DNA of 47,936 nt, filler included, from Catajapyx aquilonaris (taxonomy: Eukaryota), in the NCBI GenBank assembly GCA_000934665.2. It is 2 parts of 2 records of this genome, joined end to end, with 100 filler letters (N's around TTAATTAATTAA, not from the genome) between each part and the next. Parts side by side here need not be neighbours in the genome. Positions count along the whole stretch, not along the records: positions 1 to 23,807 come from JYFJ02005626.1; 1 more part is not named here. One strand, 5' to 3'. Numbering within the stretch: position 1 is the first letter of the stretch; every line of letters begins with the position of its first letter. The notes beneath the pieces are model-generated. The model saw only the letters and a program-made list of their open reading frames with translations. It was not told the origin of the DNA and did no database searches. Positions 13,601-23,907 of the stretch are shown here, piece by piece. The position numbers and the translations under genes were made by a program.

Positions 13601-13646
13601 TGAGCATGCAGCTGGGGATGTGGGGAAGGGAGACGGTGACAATTAG
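1674..13646 (+). CDS. Multi-Tudor-domain protein (Tudor/TDRD6-like germline piRNA-pathway scaffold), 9 coding exons, ~2324 aa, nine extended Tudor domains plus acidic low-complexity C-terminus
   Basis: Exons with GT-AG boundaries and matching phases: 1674-2533, 3946-5044, 5627-6361, 6439-6638, 7871-8129, 8354-9202, 9580-10416, 11250-12270, 12532-13646 (6975 nt total, divisible by 3). Splicing rebuilds Tudor motifs across junctions (LYRAEV..VR|FVDYGN; YLRGK|V..VRLVDYG; WYRAVI..Q|VKFIDFGN). Other copies: WYRCVV..LIDFG, WYRAEI..VDYG, WSRVRV..VDYGNSE, HYRAVF..VDFGDS, WYRARV..LDYGDSE, WRRVKV..CDWG. Upstream acceptor at 1635-1636 implies a 5' non-coding exon. Orthology (tud vs TDRD6/TDRD1/TDRD15-like) cannot be fixed by eye. 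Confidence 0.9.
2600..3493. mobile_element. ~0.9-kb foldback MITE in Tudor intron 1, TTAA-flanked (Kolobok/piggyBac-type target)
   Basis: ~2600-3010 is the imperfect reverse complement of ~3070-3490 (e.g. TTTTTCAGAATCGCGTTCCAAG vs CTTGGAAAGCGATTCTGAAAAA); TTAA at 2596-2599 and 3494-3497. Confidence 0.8.
3636..3860. mobile_element. Small hAT-like non-autonomous element
   Basis: Termini CAGGGGTTGAATT ... AATATGACCCCTG, internal repeated GGAGTGCAAA; no clean 8-bp TSD (only ATGTAA shared on both sides). Confidence 0.45.
5196..5328. repeat. Inverted-repeat hairpin (MITE remnant) in Tudor intron 2
   Basis: TGGTCGCGTTGACG..GGACCAATCAAGACTCATGTACACAAGC pairs with GCTTGTTTACATGAGTCATGATTGGTCC..CGTCAACGCGACCA. 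Confidence 0.7.
10790..10965 (-). mobile_element. tRNA-derived SINE with V-domain-like conserved core, in Tudor intron 7
   Basis: Minus strand: Pol III A box TGGCGGAGTGG (10953-10943), B box GAGTTCGATAC (10910-10900), then GAGTTTAGATTGGTTCTCTCTGTGTTCGCATGGGTTTTCTCGGGGTTCTTCCGTTTCTTCCCACAATCAAAA, matching the V-SINE core pattern from memory. Confidence 0.75.
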
Positions 13647-14146
13647 CCAGATGCCACCATGAGGATTATGCTAAGTCTGTGTGGTTGTGGAGGGATTCCT
13701 TCTTGTGTTGCTGACTTGGCCGGGATCATGCGTCACAGGGATGTTGTCGAAGGAAAAGTAGGGAGCCAGCACCAGACAAAGCCACAGTAAAGTAAGGAGA
13801 AAAAGATTGTAATGTGTGAGACTGATTGTGCATTTATATACCATGTAACCATTGTGTGTTCAGACCTTCAGTGAGTTCAAGCTTGGGAAAATCGACTTGT
13901 CGCCTTTTGTCAGCAATCCATTGGGTCAAAAGGGCTAGAGGGTGGGGAACGGGATGCACCTCTCTGTCGGAAAGTATTGATGAAGGTATTCCAGGCAAGA
14001 CTGTGAACTCATTCTTCATGAAAACTTTCAATGTTCCTTTTTTTCCCCCCCGTTGAGTTTTTTAAAATGAAAGTTCAAAAGACGTCTGAAACGTAATGGC
14101 TGTGTTATACGGACCTGATTTCTGCTTTTGTTTTTTTTTAATGTTT

Positions 14147-14152
14147 AATAAA
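14147..14152 (+). terminator. Candidate polyadenylation signal of the Tudor gene
   Basis: AATAAA ~500 nt after the TAG stop, preceded by a T-rich tract and followed by a GT-rich element (ttgtgtgtcttg). Confidence 0.6.
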
Positions 14153-14250
14153 GGCAGTTGAAGTAATCCAGCCTTGTGTGTCTTGGGGGGTGGTGCAAGA
14201 TAGTTTTTTTTCCAGCACTGCACTTTTCACTGTGCACGTGGAGTGTATTA

Positions 14251-14565
14251 CAGGTAGTCATCGGTTTACGAATGACCCGACTTACGGCGATCCATACTTA
14301 TGAACAGGCTCCCCCAGGATAATTTTCAATGACCCCTGCACTTGTAAAATGATACTTGTGCATACATTGACTGACAACAACATAAATACTGTATAATTAA
14401 TTAAGTTGTAGTTTGGAAACTGCGTTCATCTGTGTAAGTGATTTGTTGGAGCAGCATCTTTACGCTGTGTATATGCGCTGTTCCCCAGGGATCCGATATG
14501 TGCACAAATCCATCTCATGGCCATTTTCAGGAACATAACCCTGTTCGTATACCGGGGACTGCCTG
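14251..14565. mobile_element. Tc1/mariner (pogo/Tigger-type) MITE, 315 bp
   Basis: Left TIR CAGGTAGTCATCGGTTTACGAA; right TIR reverse complement CAGGCAGTCCCCGGTATACGAA; TA on both sides. Confidence 0.75.
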
Positions 14566-14845
14566 TAATTGCACAGGTGGTTTGATGGGCACTGATGGAT
14601 GACGGGGTTTTATGTTCAGAAGCATTTGCCTAATTACGTACCCAAGTCCATTTTTAATTCCATTCCCGTGTTCCATTCAAGCTGTGATGATGAGTTGAAC
14701 ATATTGCAGGCATTCCAGTGAGTGTGCCACCGACTGAAGAGCTGCTAATTATGCCGGTACATAACTCGTGTATGTGTTTTCCCCAGGGTGATTTTACAAA
14801 GGGTGACACACTTGCAGTCAAACTGGCGCGGGTCAATTCAAGCCA

Positions 14846-15164
14846 CCAATGGGGAGGGAGGGGGGGCATCACGTGACCTGAGCGCTGCAACATGGCGCCA
14901 GTGCTCGCTTGTCGACCAATGAGCGAGGAGAGTCGCAATCATGTGACTTGCGAGCCGCAATATGGCGGCCAGTTATAACTGGCCGCCTCCATGTTGGAGC
15001 ACGGGCCAATGAGCGACCAGGTGTCCGACCACGTGACTCAGGAACTGCAAGATGGCCGTGCGGACCATCCCCACTGCCACTGTGCGCCGCCATGTTGCAG
15101 CTTCTGACCAATAATGGATTCGAGATGGGTGTCACATGACGTTAGAGCTGTTGATGTGGCCAAT
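14846..15164 (+). promoter_or_regulatory. CpG-rich candidate promoter of the TMCC gene with repeated CCAAT / E-box / YY1-like modules
   Basis: CCAAT at 14846, 14916, 15006, 15108, 15160; E/M-boxes at 14869, 14939, 15029, 15132; AANATGGC (YY1-like) at 14889, 14959, 15049; lies ~600 nt upstream of candidate first exon 15727. Confidence 0.55.
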
Positions 15165-15726
15165 CCCGCAGGAGAGATCGATGCCACCCCCTTTCCCCCC
15201 TACCTTCTGTCGTCATCTCCACCCACCCACTTCTCCCCCCCTTCCCTCTCCATCCCACACCACCTCCTCCCCAGTGGATGGGACTGACTGAGTCATTTTT
15301 CGCATTCCCGCACTTCACTTCCCTGCAATACACGCAGCATTACGCACACACACACAGTCACACACCTCAAAGGCACAGGACTTGTCGGCTGCTGCACTGC
15401 GCTGGGCGGCCCACACCTAGAGAGACACACCAGCAGACAGCCAGCCCCTGACAACATATTATATCGAACACTGGAACACACACACCAATCCTTGGCTCCA
15501 TCATTCAGGTGACTGTGACATAATAACAACTACTTTCTCTCATCACGCCCACATTTGCAGCGGGTTTCTCCTTTCTTTTTAACGCACATTGTCTGTCGTG
15601 GGATGGATGTTGCCCGAGTGTCAGTTCGGCACTGGATGTGTACTGAACGGGTTGGTTCTTTTATTATTTGGCAGGGTTGTCATGTGAGGGGTGTCCAGGG
15701 GCCATGTGGTGGTTGAGCGAGAGGAG

Positions 15727-15842
15727 ATGGAAGGTGGTCTGAGCGGAGGCCTGGCCCTTGGGTCCGGCGGAGGTGGGAGCCGCAGCCACTCTCCGCAGCC
15801 TCCCCCTGCCACGCACCGACCAGACAACCATCCACACCATGC
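15727..15842 (+). CDS. Candidate alternative first coding exon A of the TMCC gene (MEGGLSGG...HPHH)
   Basis: ATG 15727, open for 38 codons + 2 nt, strong donor GTGAGT at 15843; phase 2 matches the acceptor at 22253; Gly/His/Pro-rich like the rest of the protein. Confidence 0.5.
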
Positions 15843-18800
15843 GTGAGTGAGTTTCTGCCCCTCTAAGCCTGCTCACGGTCAGACTAACCTTTGCGTCCTG
15901 TCTGATGATGGAATACATCTCAAAGTGTCCAATAGCAGATTGGGGCCGTGCAGACGGCCACGACGGTTCACACCTAGCGGCCCCCTAGCAACGCCACGGC
16001 CAGGCCACAGGCCAACTTCCTGGAAGTTGGCCATCTGCACGGCCCCATTGTCACCTCTTTTCAAGCGTCAGAACCATGCCCGGCAACAATGCCGAGACGC
16101 TGTGCTAAAGATAACTTTGGTCAAACTTCAATGGATATATTGAGCCAGCGATAAGGCAGGTTCACACAGTTGATGACATTTGGACCCGCAGCAGGACAAT
16201 TTTTAGGTTTATACTTGAACTGCTCGGTCCTTACAACGGGAGCCCAGTGCCGGCTGGGCTGGCGGGAAGAAAGGGCTTCCACCACAATCTGTCAACAGAT
16301 TTCCTATTCCGAAATAGTTCAAGTAAATGTAACTGTCTTATGTTTCGATTGCGATACGTTTGAAAGGGAAAACATTGCACAGTTTTTGAAATTAGTCATG
16401 TGTTGATTGAGATAATTGGTATGTGTGAGTCGTTCAATGCAACCTTAGTACCGTTGGAAGTGACTAATCTGCTCAAGTGATAGTGCAATGGTACATGAGC
16501 TTGTGTGCTCATGCCCTGATAAGTCTCCTACAAAAAGTCTGTCTTTGTTGACAGAACAGACGTTGACCGGTGATGAGCAGGCCGATAATAATAACAACTT
16601 CGCAAGATGTTTAACCGCTGCGTTTTTACTACTAGTAATATTTCACTCCTGCGTCAGCGCTTGATTTTTAAGGTTACTATGTGTACACAGGTCCAGTCAG
16701 ACTTTTACGCTAAGCGTAAAATGTACTGCAGACTTCTAAGATGTCCTACGTGGCTGCAAGAGTGAGGAAAAGTATGTTTTTCAAAATAAATGAGAATTGA
16801 CTACGCTAAGCTTTTAGTAACAGGCTACCACATATTGGGGGTTATTACAATCCCAAGAACTGTCATACTGCAAAGGTTAAATTCAGTGGAACGAAGTACG
16901 TGCAGCTGCCAGTGACTGAAGCGATGGCTTTTTGTATTAGTTTGCAGCATCTGTTAAGCAGAAATTACTGCCACAGCTGATGTGCGGCAACAATACACTA
17001 ACTGTCACATGTTATTTATAGCTGTCAGGTGCTGTTAGTCGAATGGACTTACTGTGACTGCTCACATTCACAGATGGAAATGTTTGTCGGATTTGTTCCA
17101 TAGTTTGAGAAAATTTGTATGCCGAGTGAAAAATTAGATTATAAAAATTCCTTGGTAGCATAGGTGGAATTCCTTGGAGCATATACTGTCAGCGCAGAAA
17201 TCATTGAGCATTGTTGCAGGGCATGGCCAGTGGGGCACCACTTTGCGCAATCATGTTTTGTTTTTTTGCATTGAGCTGGGAAACAATAGTTGGAGGCAAT
17301 TACGTTCTCTTGCGTGCCATGTGCGGTGGGATAAGCAAGGGTGCCATTTGTGGGCCCCTGGGCAGGAATGGCCCCTGGGCAGGTGCAATCGAATCAATAT
17401 GAAAAGGGTTGATTGTGGGAGAAGGGGAGGGTCCATGAATATATGATGATGGGTCTGTGGTGGGGTAGGGTTGGGAGGAGAGGGGAGGAAATAATGCCTG
17501 CACACAAGTGCATTACTACTCCATTACCTTCTGGGCGGATATGCCCGCTTAGATTGATTGATTGAGCAGCAGGCCCCACATTTGATTGATCCGCATTCCG
17601 CAAGACCCCCAACTGTCTTTTTTTTTTAATCTTTTAAGAGATACGTTCCTCATGTACTTGTACATGTCAGCAGAAAGCAGGAACGCCTGTGTTGCCGATT
17701 TGAAATCTGCATTAAAGAATTTATTGATGTATTTATGCCCACATTACATAACGCGCAACCGAAAGGAAAATGCAGATATCAATCAGCGAGATATGCTGTG
17801 TGCATCATACTATCAGTACTTGTGTGACTTGCATCTGAATAAATTGCTGATTCAACTGTAAATGAGGAACCTGTAAGCCAAGAGGAAGAATAATAATTAG
17901 TTGTGTGGACATTTTTTTGGGTGCAGCGTTTGGTGGCTTCCAGGAGGGCGCTAATTCGCGGGATTGGCCAGTTAATTTGCCTTGCCTTTCGTCTGTGGCA
18001 CACAATTAACCAGGAGGAGGAGCATGAATGTGGTTTACTAATGAGCCAGTAAAATGCATAAAAATTGCATGTGCAAACCAGTACTTGTTGGTGACGGAAA
18101 GGTTGGCAACTCAGGAATTTTGCCTTAACGTGATATGAATCTGCCAGATGAGAGCAACATGACCCATGAATATTAAATTACTGATATTGACCATAGGTGA
18201 TGTCTGTAATCTGACATTTTCTTTGATGCTCTTGAAGGTTACCCCGGAATGTAATAGAGGGTTGATGTGCTACCGTTGCCATACCAAAGCGGTGTGTTGC
18301 AAACCTGGTGCCCCTACCTTCTTGTCTCCAACAGTACACGTGTACGAAGGAATGAATGTGCCAGTGTTATGTAACCCAGTGGACTTTTTTTTTTCCTTTT
18401 TAATTTTTCCTTTGCTTGAATATTTGAACGGCCTTCCTCCCCACCCATGTGCCACTCCACCCACCAATAACTCCTCTGTTGAAACTTATTTTGGCATGTG
18501 TATATTTCCAATACAGCCAATGAGCATCACGTGTTTGTGTGTGTGTGTGGTGTATGTGTTTTGGCTTGTCGGAGTCCCAGCTGTTTTTCGAGTGGACCTA
18601 AGATCTATTCATAGATCAGCTGATTTTAGCGTAGATAGGTATGTGCTGCGGTGGGAGGAGGGGGATGAGAGAGTACCGAGAGTGCACTCTGCTGCAACTG
18701 CAGGATAAGTACACGTCACACACATTCGGCTAAGGAAAATAATGTTCGTTGAGTAATTGGGTGCGTGATGCCATTTGAAGGACTCCAGGCAAAAAATGAA

Positions 18801-19174
18801 ATGAAGGGGGGGGAAATATCTTGTCTGTTTGACTCGCGGCTTGTTTATAATATAGTTGGGTTGATGTAAGACCCGCTGGATGGTTGCCAGGTGCAGGGAA
18901 CCGTGAAGCTCGTGCTTTCATATACACACCCAGTTTATGAACCCTTCATGAGCTATAGGTTCGGTGAAGATGACGCCTATTTACAATATATCAACACAAT
19001 AGTTGGCTAATTGTTTCCAAGTCCCACATTGTCAGGTTGAGTCGTCAGGATACTTTTGTTATCGCCTCAAGAAAATTATCGGGAATGACTCGACGTTTGA
19101 CCTAGAAAACATTTCCGCATATTTCTTCATCCGCATGTGTGACTGTAAATGGGTTCTAGTAGGGAGCATACGAG

Positions 19175-19508
19175 TATACTATATAAGAGGCGCAAACATT
19201 CGATTTCCGCTTCTCTGTTTGGGGCCGTTGCCAAGGATGGCGGCCATCTTGAAGTGTGGGGAACGCCAACGAGGTATAAATAGGGTACAGGCAAAAATAA
19301 AGGTCCGCCATCTTTGATGGTTTTGGCGGCCATGGCAACTACACGGCAAGAACACGCGCGAATCAAAGATGGCGGACCATATTTTTGCCTGTACCCTATA
19401 TTTATACCTCGTTGGCGTTCCCCCTACTTCAAGATGGCCGCCAGCCTTGGCAACGGCCCCAAACAGAGAGACGCGGAAATCGAATGTTTGCGCCTCTTAT
19501 GTAGTATA
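19175..19508. mobile_element. ~330-bp foldback MITE
   Basis: 19175-19318 is a near-perfect reverse complement of ~19362-19508 (TATACTATATAAGAGGCGCAAACATTCGATTTCCGC... / ...GCGGAAATCGAATGTTTGCGCCTCTTATGTAGTATA); possible TA TSD. Confidence 0.85.
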
Positions 19509-20756
19509 TGCTTCCTGGTTCTAGCCTACATTTTGCAAACCAACCTTGTAAACAAAATCGTCCTGTTGGTGTGTTTTTTATAAAGAAATACGTATTAGTT
19601 CTCGAGCTGTGATCGATTGAATGTCATATTAATTATTACGGTATTGTATTCTGACGTCACTGTGGCGAAACAGATCGGTGCAGAGGCAGGAACGCACCCG
19701 GGCAGCTTTGTTTTGTTGGCACGCCTACCGCCTAGTAGAGCAGGTGAACTGGTTTTGCTGACGTCACTGTGGTTAGGCAGGAGTGGGAATGCGTCCGTCA
19801 GGCCACGCCCATTTGAGAGCGAATTTTAAACGTACGCGATAGTTGATCGATGTGTGGCATTTTGGTGCTTGTTTACATGAATGGTATACCGATTTTTTCC
19901 AAAATGTCAGACCAAGGCTAGGTTATTCGCAATCGAAGAATATTGTGTTTTGAGTCGGAAGCACCTGGCAACCGTGCCATGTTGTCGCCTGGTAACCTTT
20001 GCCAAGAAATCATGTTGGCGCCAACTGAAACCTGCGGGTTTGGCAAATCGATCAGTGCTTGGGAAGAATGCAATTCAAGTGTCACTGACTATATGCAAGG
20101 GGAAGAATTATCCAAACAACATCTGCTATAGTTACACTGCTAACTTAGCAATACCAGTGTTGGAACTGGCACTGCTAAAGTTAGAAGGAGCAGTGGGACG
20201 GAAAATTCAAATCTTTAGATTGCAAATTGTGATTATTATTTTTTTCCCTGCGACCGGCTGTGTAGTGTTGTGGCCAATAGCTGTAGTGACACTGGGCACA
20301 CTTCCAGAGCATTGTTGCAGACCAAGGCGCCATTGTTGTAGGTGACCAGCATGCAGCGGCCCAGAAGGAGGAGTAAGGTGGCCATGCTCCTTAGTAGGCA
20401 GCTTAGTTTCCCAGTCAGGTGAGCACAGGGACACCTGTATGTACTACACGTACGGAACAAAAATGCACGTGTACTGTGGGCGACCAAAAAAGATCGGTCG
20501 CCAACGGTACACACTGTTAGTAGTGCTGCACCCACCGCGGCTGCCACACTCTTGTCCTCCTCCAAGTACAGCAACATGTTTCTTCTTTATGGTCAATTCC
20601 CATTGTGTGTAGACGAGTATGAACGTCGTCCATTGTTGTAACTTGTGAGATACACACACACACGGCCCGCATATTGTTGTTACATGACGTCATCTTCTCC
20701 TTCTCTGTCCCCCTCTGGTCCACCTAGACGCGTAGGCCCCACCCACTCGAGAGCTG

Positions 20757-23700
20757 ATGGCCAATCCGAAGCAGTCCCAATCGGGCGGGGGAGACAGGCA
20801 CTTTTGGAGCCACCTCAGACTCTTTAGTCCCCATAAGTAAGTCCAATCCAACATTGAAACAAAACCAAACAAAAAAAAAAGAAAAAGTATTCCTCTTTCT
20901 CTGTAATCTCTTAGCTATCTCTATTGTTTCATTGCTAATATTAATCCTACCATCTTCACCTTTTTTGTGTGTGTGTTTGACTGAAACTCCCTGCATCTGG
21001 TTGGCTTCTCTCTATTACATACCATCTACCTTGTATGCTGCACGGTGAGATCAATCACTCTGGAGAATGAAAACTCGGCTCTTCCTGAGGATTGTCGCGG
21101 GATTTCCTGATTGTTGATGTGCCGAGTGTCTCTGGAAACAATGCTTCTGCTGCCTCCTTGACGCATCATTGCACTGCTTGCATGCATTATATACTTATTG
21201 CACCGTGCTTCCTACACGAGAGTGCAACGGTAGAAGTTTGGTTTGGGAGAGAATTGCGGGGAATCCCCTACTAAATATGTATGTCCACCGACGGTCCTCT
21301 ATTAGACATGTGCTGTGTGTCCCGTGTGTGGACTTTCTTGTTCCCTCTGTTGCATGTTAGACAATCACTTCCGGTCTTTTTTGGGAGGGTTGGTCTTCTG
21401 GATTACTCCGAACCGATTTGATGGTATTGATCACCCAGTATGGGGAATATCGACAGCTGTTCATTCGGAAGAGCTGCTGGCAAGGAGTTTTGTCATTCTG
21501 TCTTTTCCTCTCTTGCAAATTCCCCCCCACAGTCACGATTGATGGTCGTTTGGGTGGGTCGTAGTGGGTCATCGTGACCTTTTGTAATGATAAGGAGAGA
21601 GCACCCCTTTGCAGTCTCCGGCACGGCCTCTTCTGCACTTTTTAACTGTTTACGCCCTCACGATTTGAGCCTCAGTCACACGACCAGATGCTTTGTGCAA
21701 AGCGTCTGACCGTGCGACCGAGGCTCTAATCGTGAGGGCGTAAACAGAGGCCCCTTCCCTCACTCTGGCCTGGCTTCATTCACTATTAGCCTTTCATAGA
21801 CATGTCACCACGATCACTGCAGGCCGAGGGATTCATTGTAGTGGGGGATCACCCACTCTTGCTTCTAGTCCCACCCATCACAAGAGGGGGGGAAGGAGGA
21901 GGAATTGATTACAAGGGAGGGTCACCTGGAGAATATATCATTAATATCAGTGATTCCTCCTCCTTCCCTGCCTGTCCCCCCCTCCAGCATGCTGGGTGAG
22001 TCACCTGGGAATGTGTCACTGGGGTCATTCGACCAGTCACAATGATTCATCACCCTGTCAATTTGAACATCCTGATAACAGTCTGGGAACTGTCTGTGAC
22101 CTTTGATGTCACTGCCTAGCCAATGGCCCCGGGGGAATGACCCCAGTTCACTCCCAAGTGGTTGACCCGTCACCCCTCCCACCGGATGACCTCCTCATGT
22201 TTTGGTACTGCCCACTCACATCCCATCACCTTTTCGAACGCGGCTTCGACAGGAAGAAGTCCCTGGACAGCATGGGCTCCTCTGGGGTGCAGGGCGGCCC
22301 CGGGGCGGGACTAGTGGCGGCGGCAGCAGCGGCGGCCCCCCCAAGTGGTAGCGGACCGGCATCGACCTCCTCCTCCTCTTCTGCGCTGCCCCCAGTCAAC
22401 TCTTCCACCCAGGGGCAAACGGCCTCGGGACAGTCGGCCCAGGGGCAGCAAAGGGGCAGGCGGAGATCGCCAGTCAGCGGGAGGCGATCTGAGGGCACGC
22501 CCAGCTCCTCCTGCTCCGGGAGGGGCTCTCATCATGGCTCCCAGGAGGAGACGCTCGGCCCCGGGCCGGACCCGGACGCCGACCCGGGGGCGGAGCAGCA
22601 CCTGTCCAATGGGTCTTCCGCTGAGCAGCTGGGCCAGCCCCTGGTGGCCGTGGATGAGGTTGACGGCTGCCATGGACCTGGCGCAGGGGCTGCCGCCGGT
22701 GCTGGCACCCCGCAGTTGGGGAGAACCGTGGCCAACATGAGGCACGTCCAGGGAAAGATTTCCAGGACGATGGACCTCATCAAAGAGGAGCAGAGGCGGA
22801 GGGATGGTACGTGGCCCAAAATTATATTCCAACAACAAATCATATCTGAGTGCGTTGCCCAGTGTTTATTTCCATATATGACCATGCTTTACAAAAGGAC
22901 TGTTTGGTGCCCATTCCAGACAATGTGAATGAGTACTTGAAGCTGGCGTCCAATGTGGAGAGGATGCAGGTTCCGCAGGTGAAGGCGGTGTTTGAGAAGA
23001 AGAATCAGAAGTCTGCCCAGGCCATCGCCCAGCTGCAAAAGAAGCTGGAGAGATACCATCGCCAGATGGCTGATCTGGAGCAGCAGGCACACCACCATTC
23101 AATGTCCGTCCCGTCTGTGTCCGCCTTCTCTGCTGGGGGCGGAGGAGGAGGAGGAGGAGGGTCAGGTTCCACCACCATGTCCAGTGGGGGTGACGCTTCT
23201 TCCACTCCCCACCCTACTTCCTCCCACCCCCACCACCACCACCACCATCACCATCACAAGGGCGTCCTCAGAGATGTTGGACATGGGCTAAAAAGTGTCC
23301 GGGACGGAATCTCGGGTCTTTCTGGGTCAGTGATTCCAGCTGCATTGAGTAGTGTTTCAGTTGGCCTCTCTCTAACGCCATGTGTTTCCAGGACGGTGAT
23401 GTCGAAGCCACGTGAGTTTGCCCACCTGATAAAGAACAAGTTTGGTAGTGCCGACAACATCAACACCCTGGCAAAGAGCAGTGAGAACATGGGGGGTGCA
23501 GGTGGTGGTGGTGGAGGAGGAGGAGGAGTAGGGGGTGGAGGAGACAGGGGAGAGGTTGGGGACGGTGGGGGCAGCCACCACGGAAGCACCAATCTTCAGC
23601 AGTCCGGTCCAATTGGTGGTGGTGGTGGTGGGGGCGGTGGTAGGGTGGTGTCGGAGGAGGGTTCGGAGTGCAGCAGCTCGGTGACCAACGAGAGTGGGGC

Positions 23701-23807
23701 GGTGGGCCAACAGAGCGGACAGCTCCCGGCCCCGTCAGGCCAGTCCCAGTCCCAGCCACTGCCGCAAAGAGGGAACGAGGCCGAGTGGGTCTGGAGAGAG
23801 CTGCAGG
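20757..23807 (+). CDS. TMCC: Transmembrane and coiled-coil domain family protein (TMCC/Dementin/TEX28 family), 5' part, truncated by assembly gap
   Basis: Exons 20757-20836 (one of several candidate first exons), 22253-22806, 22920-23325, 23392-23807+. Spliced product contains family-typical KISRTMDLIKEEQRRRD|DNVNEYLKLA...VKAVFEKKNQKSAQAIAQLQKKLERYH and SKPREFAHLIKNKFGSADNI. The second coiled coil and C-terminal TM helices were not found in the window. Confidence 0.9.
21646..21747. repeat. 102-bp palindrome in TMCC intron
   Basis: 50-nt arms CTGTTTACGCCCTCACGATT... / ...AATCGTGAGGGCGTAAACAG with 6 mismatches and a 2-nt centre. Confidence 0.85.
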
Positions 23808-23907
23808 NNNNNNNNNNNNNNNNNNNNNNNNNNNNNNNNNNNNNNNNNNNNTTAATTAATTAANNNNNNNNNNNNNNNNNNNNNNNNNNNNNNNNNNNNN
23901 NNNNNNN
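23808..23907. other. Artificial assembly gap/linker
   Basis: N44 + TTAATTAATTAA (stops in all six frames) + N44 = exactly 100 nt. A second 7-N gap lies at 38615-38621. Confidence 0.95.

Noticed and set aside
11525..13642. Long minus-strand Ser-rich ORFs (11525-12295, 13178-13642 and others)
   Set aside because: Antisense shadows of the Glu/Ala-rich Tudor exons; no independent motifs or splice structure.
18641..18708. Fourth phase-2 candidate first exon for TMCC
   Set aside because: Weak donor (GTACAC) and no supporting features.
23852..23863. TTAATTAATTAA palindrome as stop codon of the 22850-23863 ORF
   Set aside because: Synthetic linker inside an N gap.
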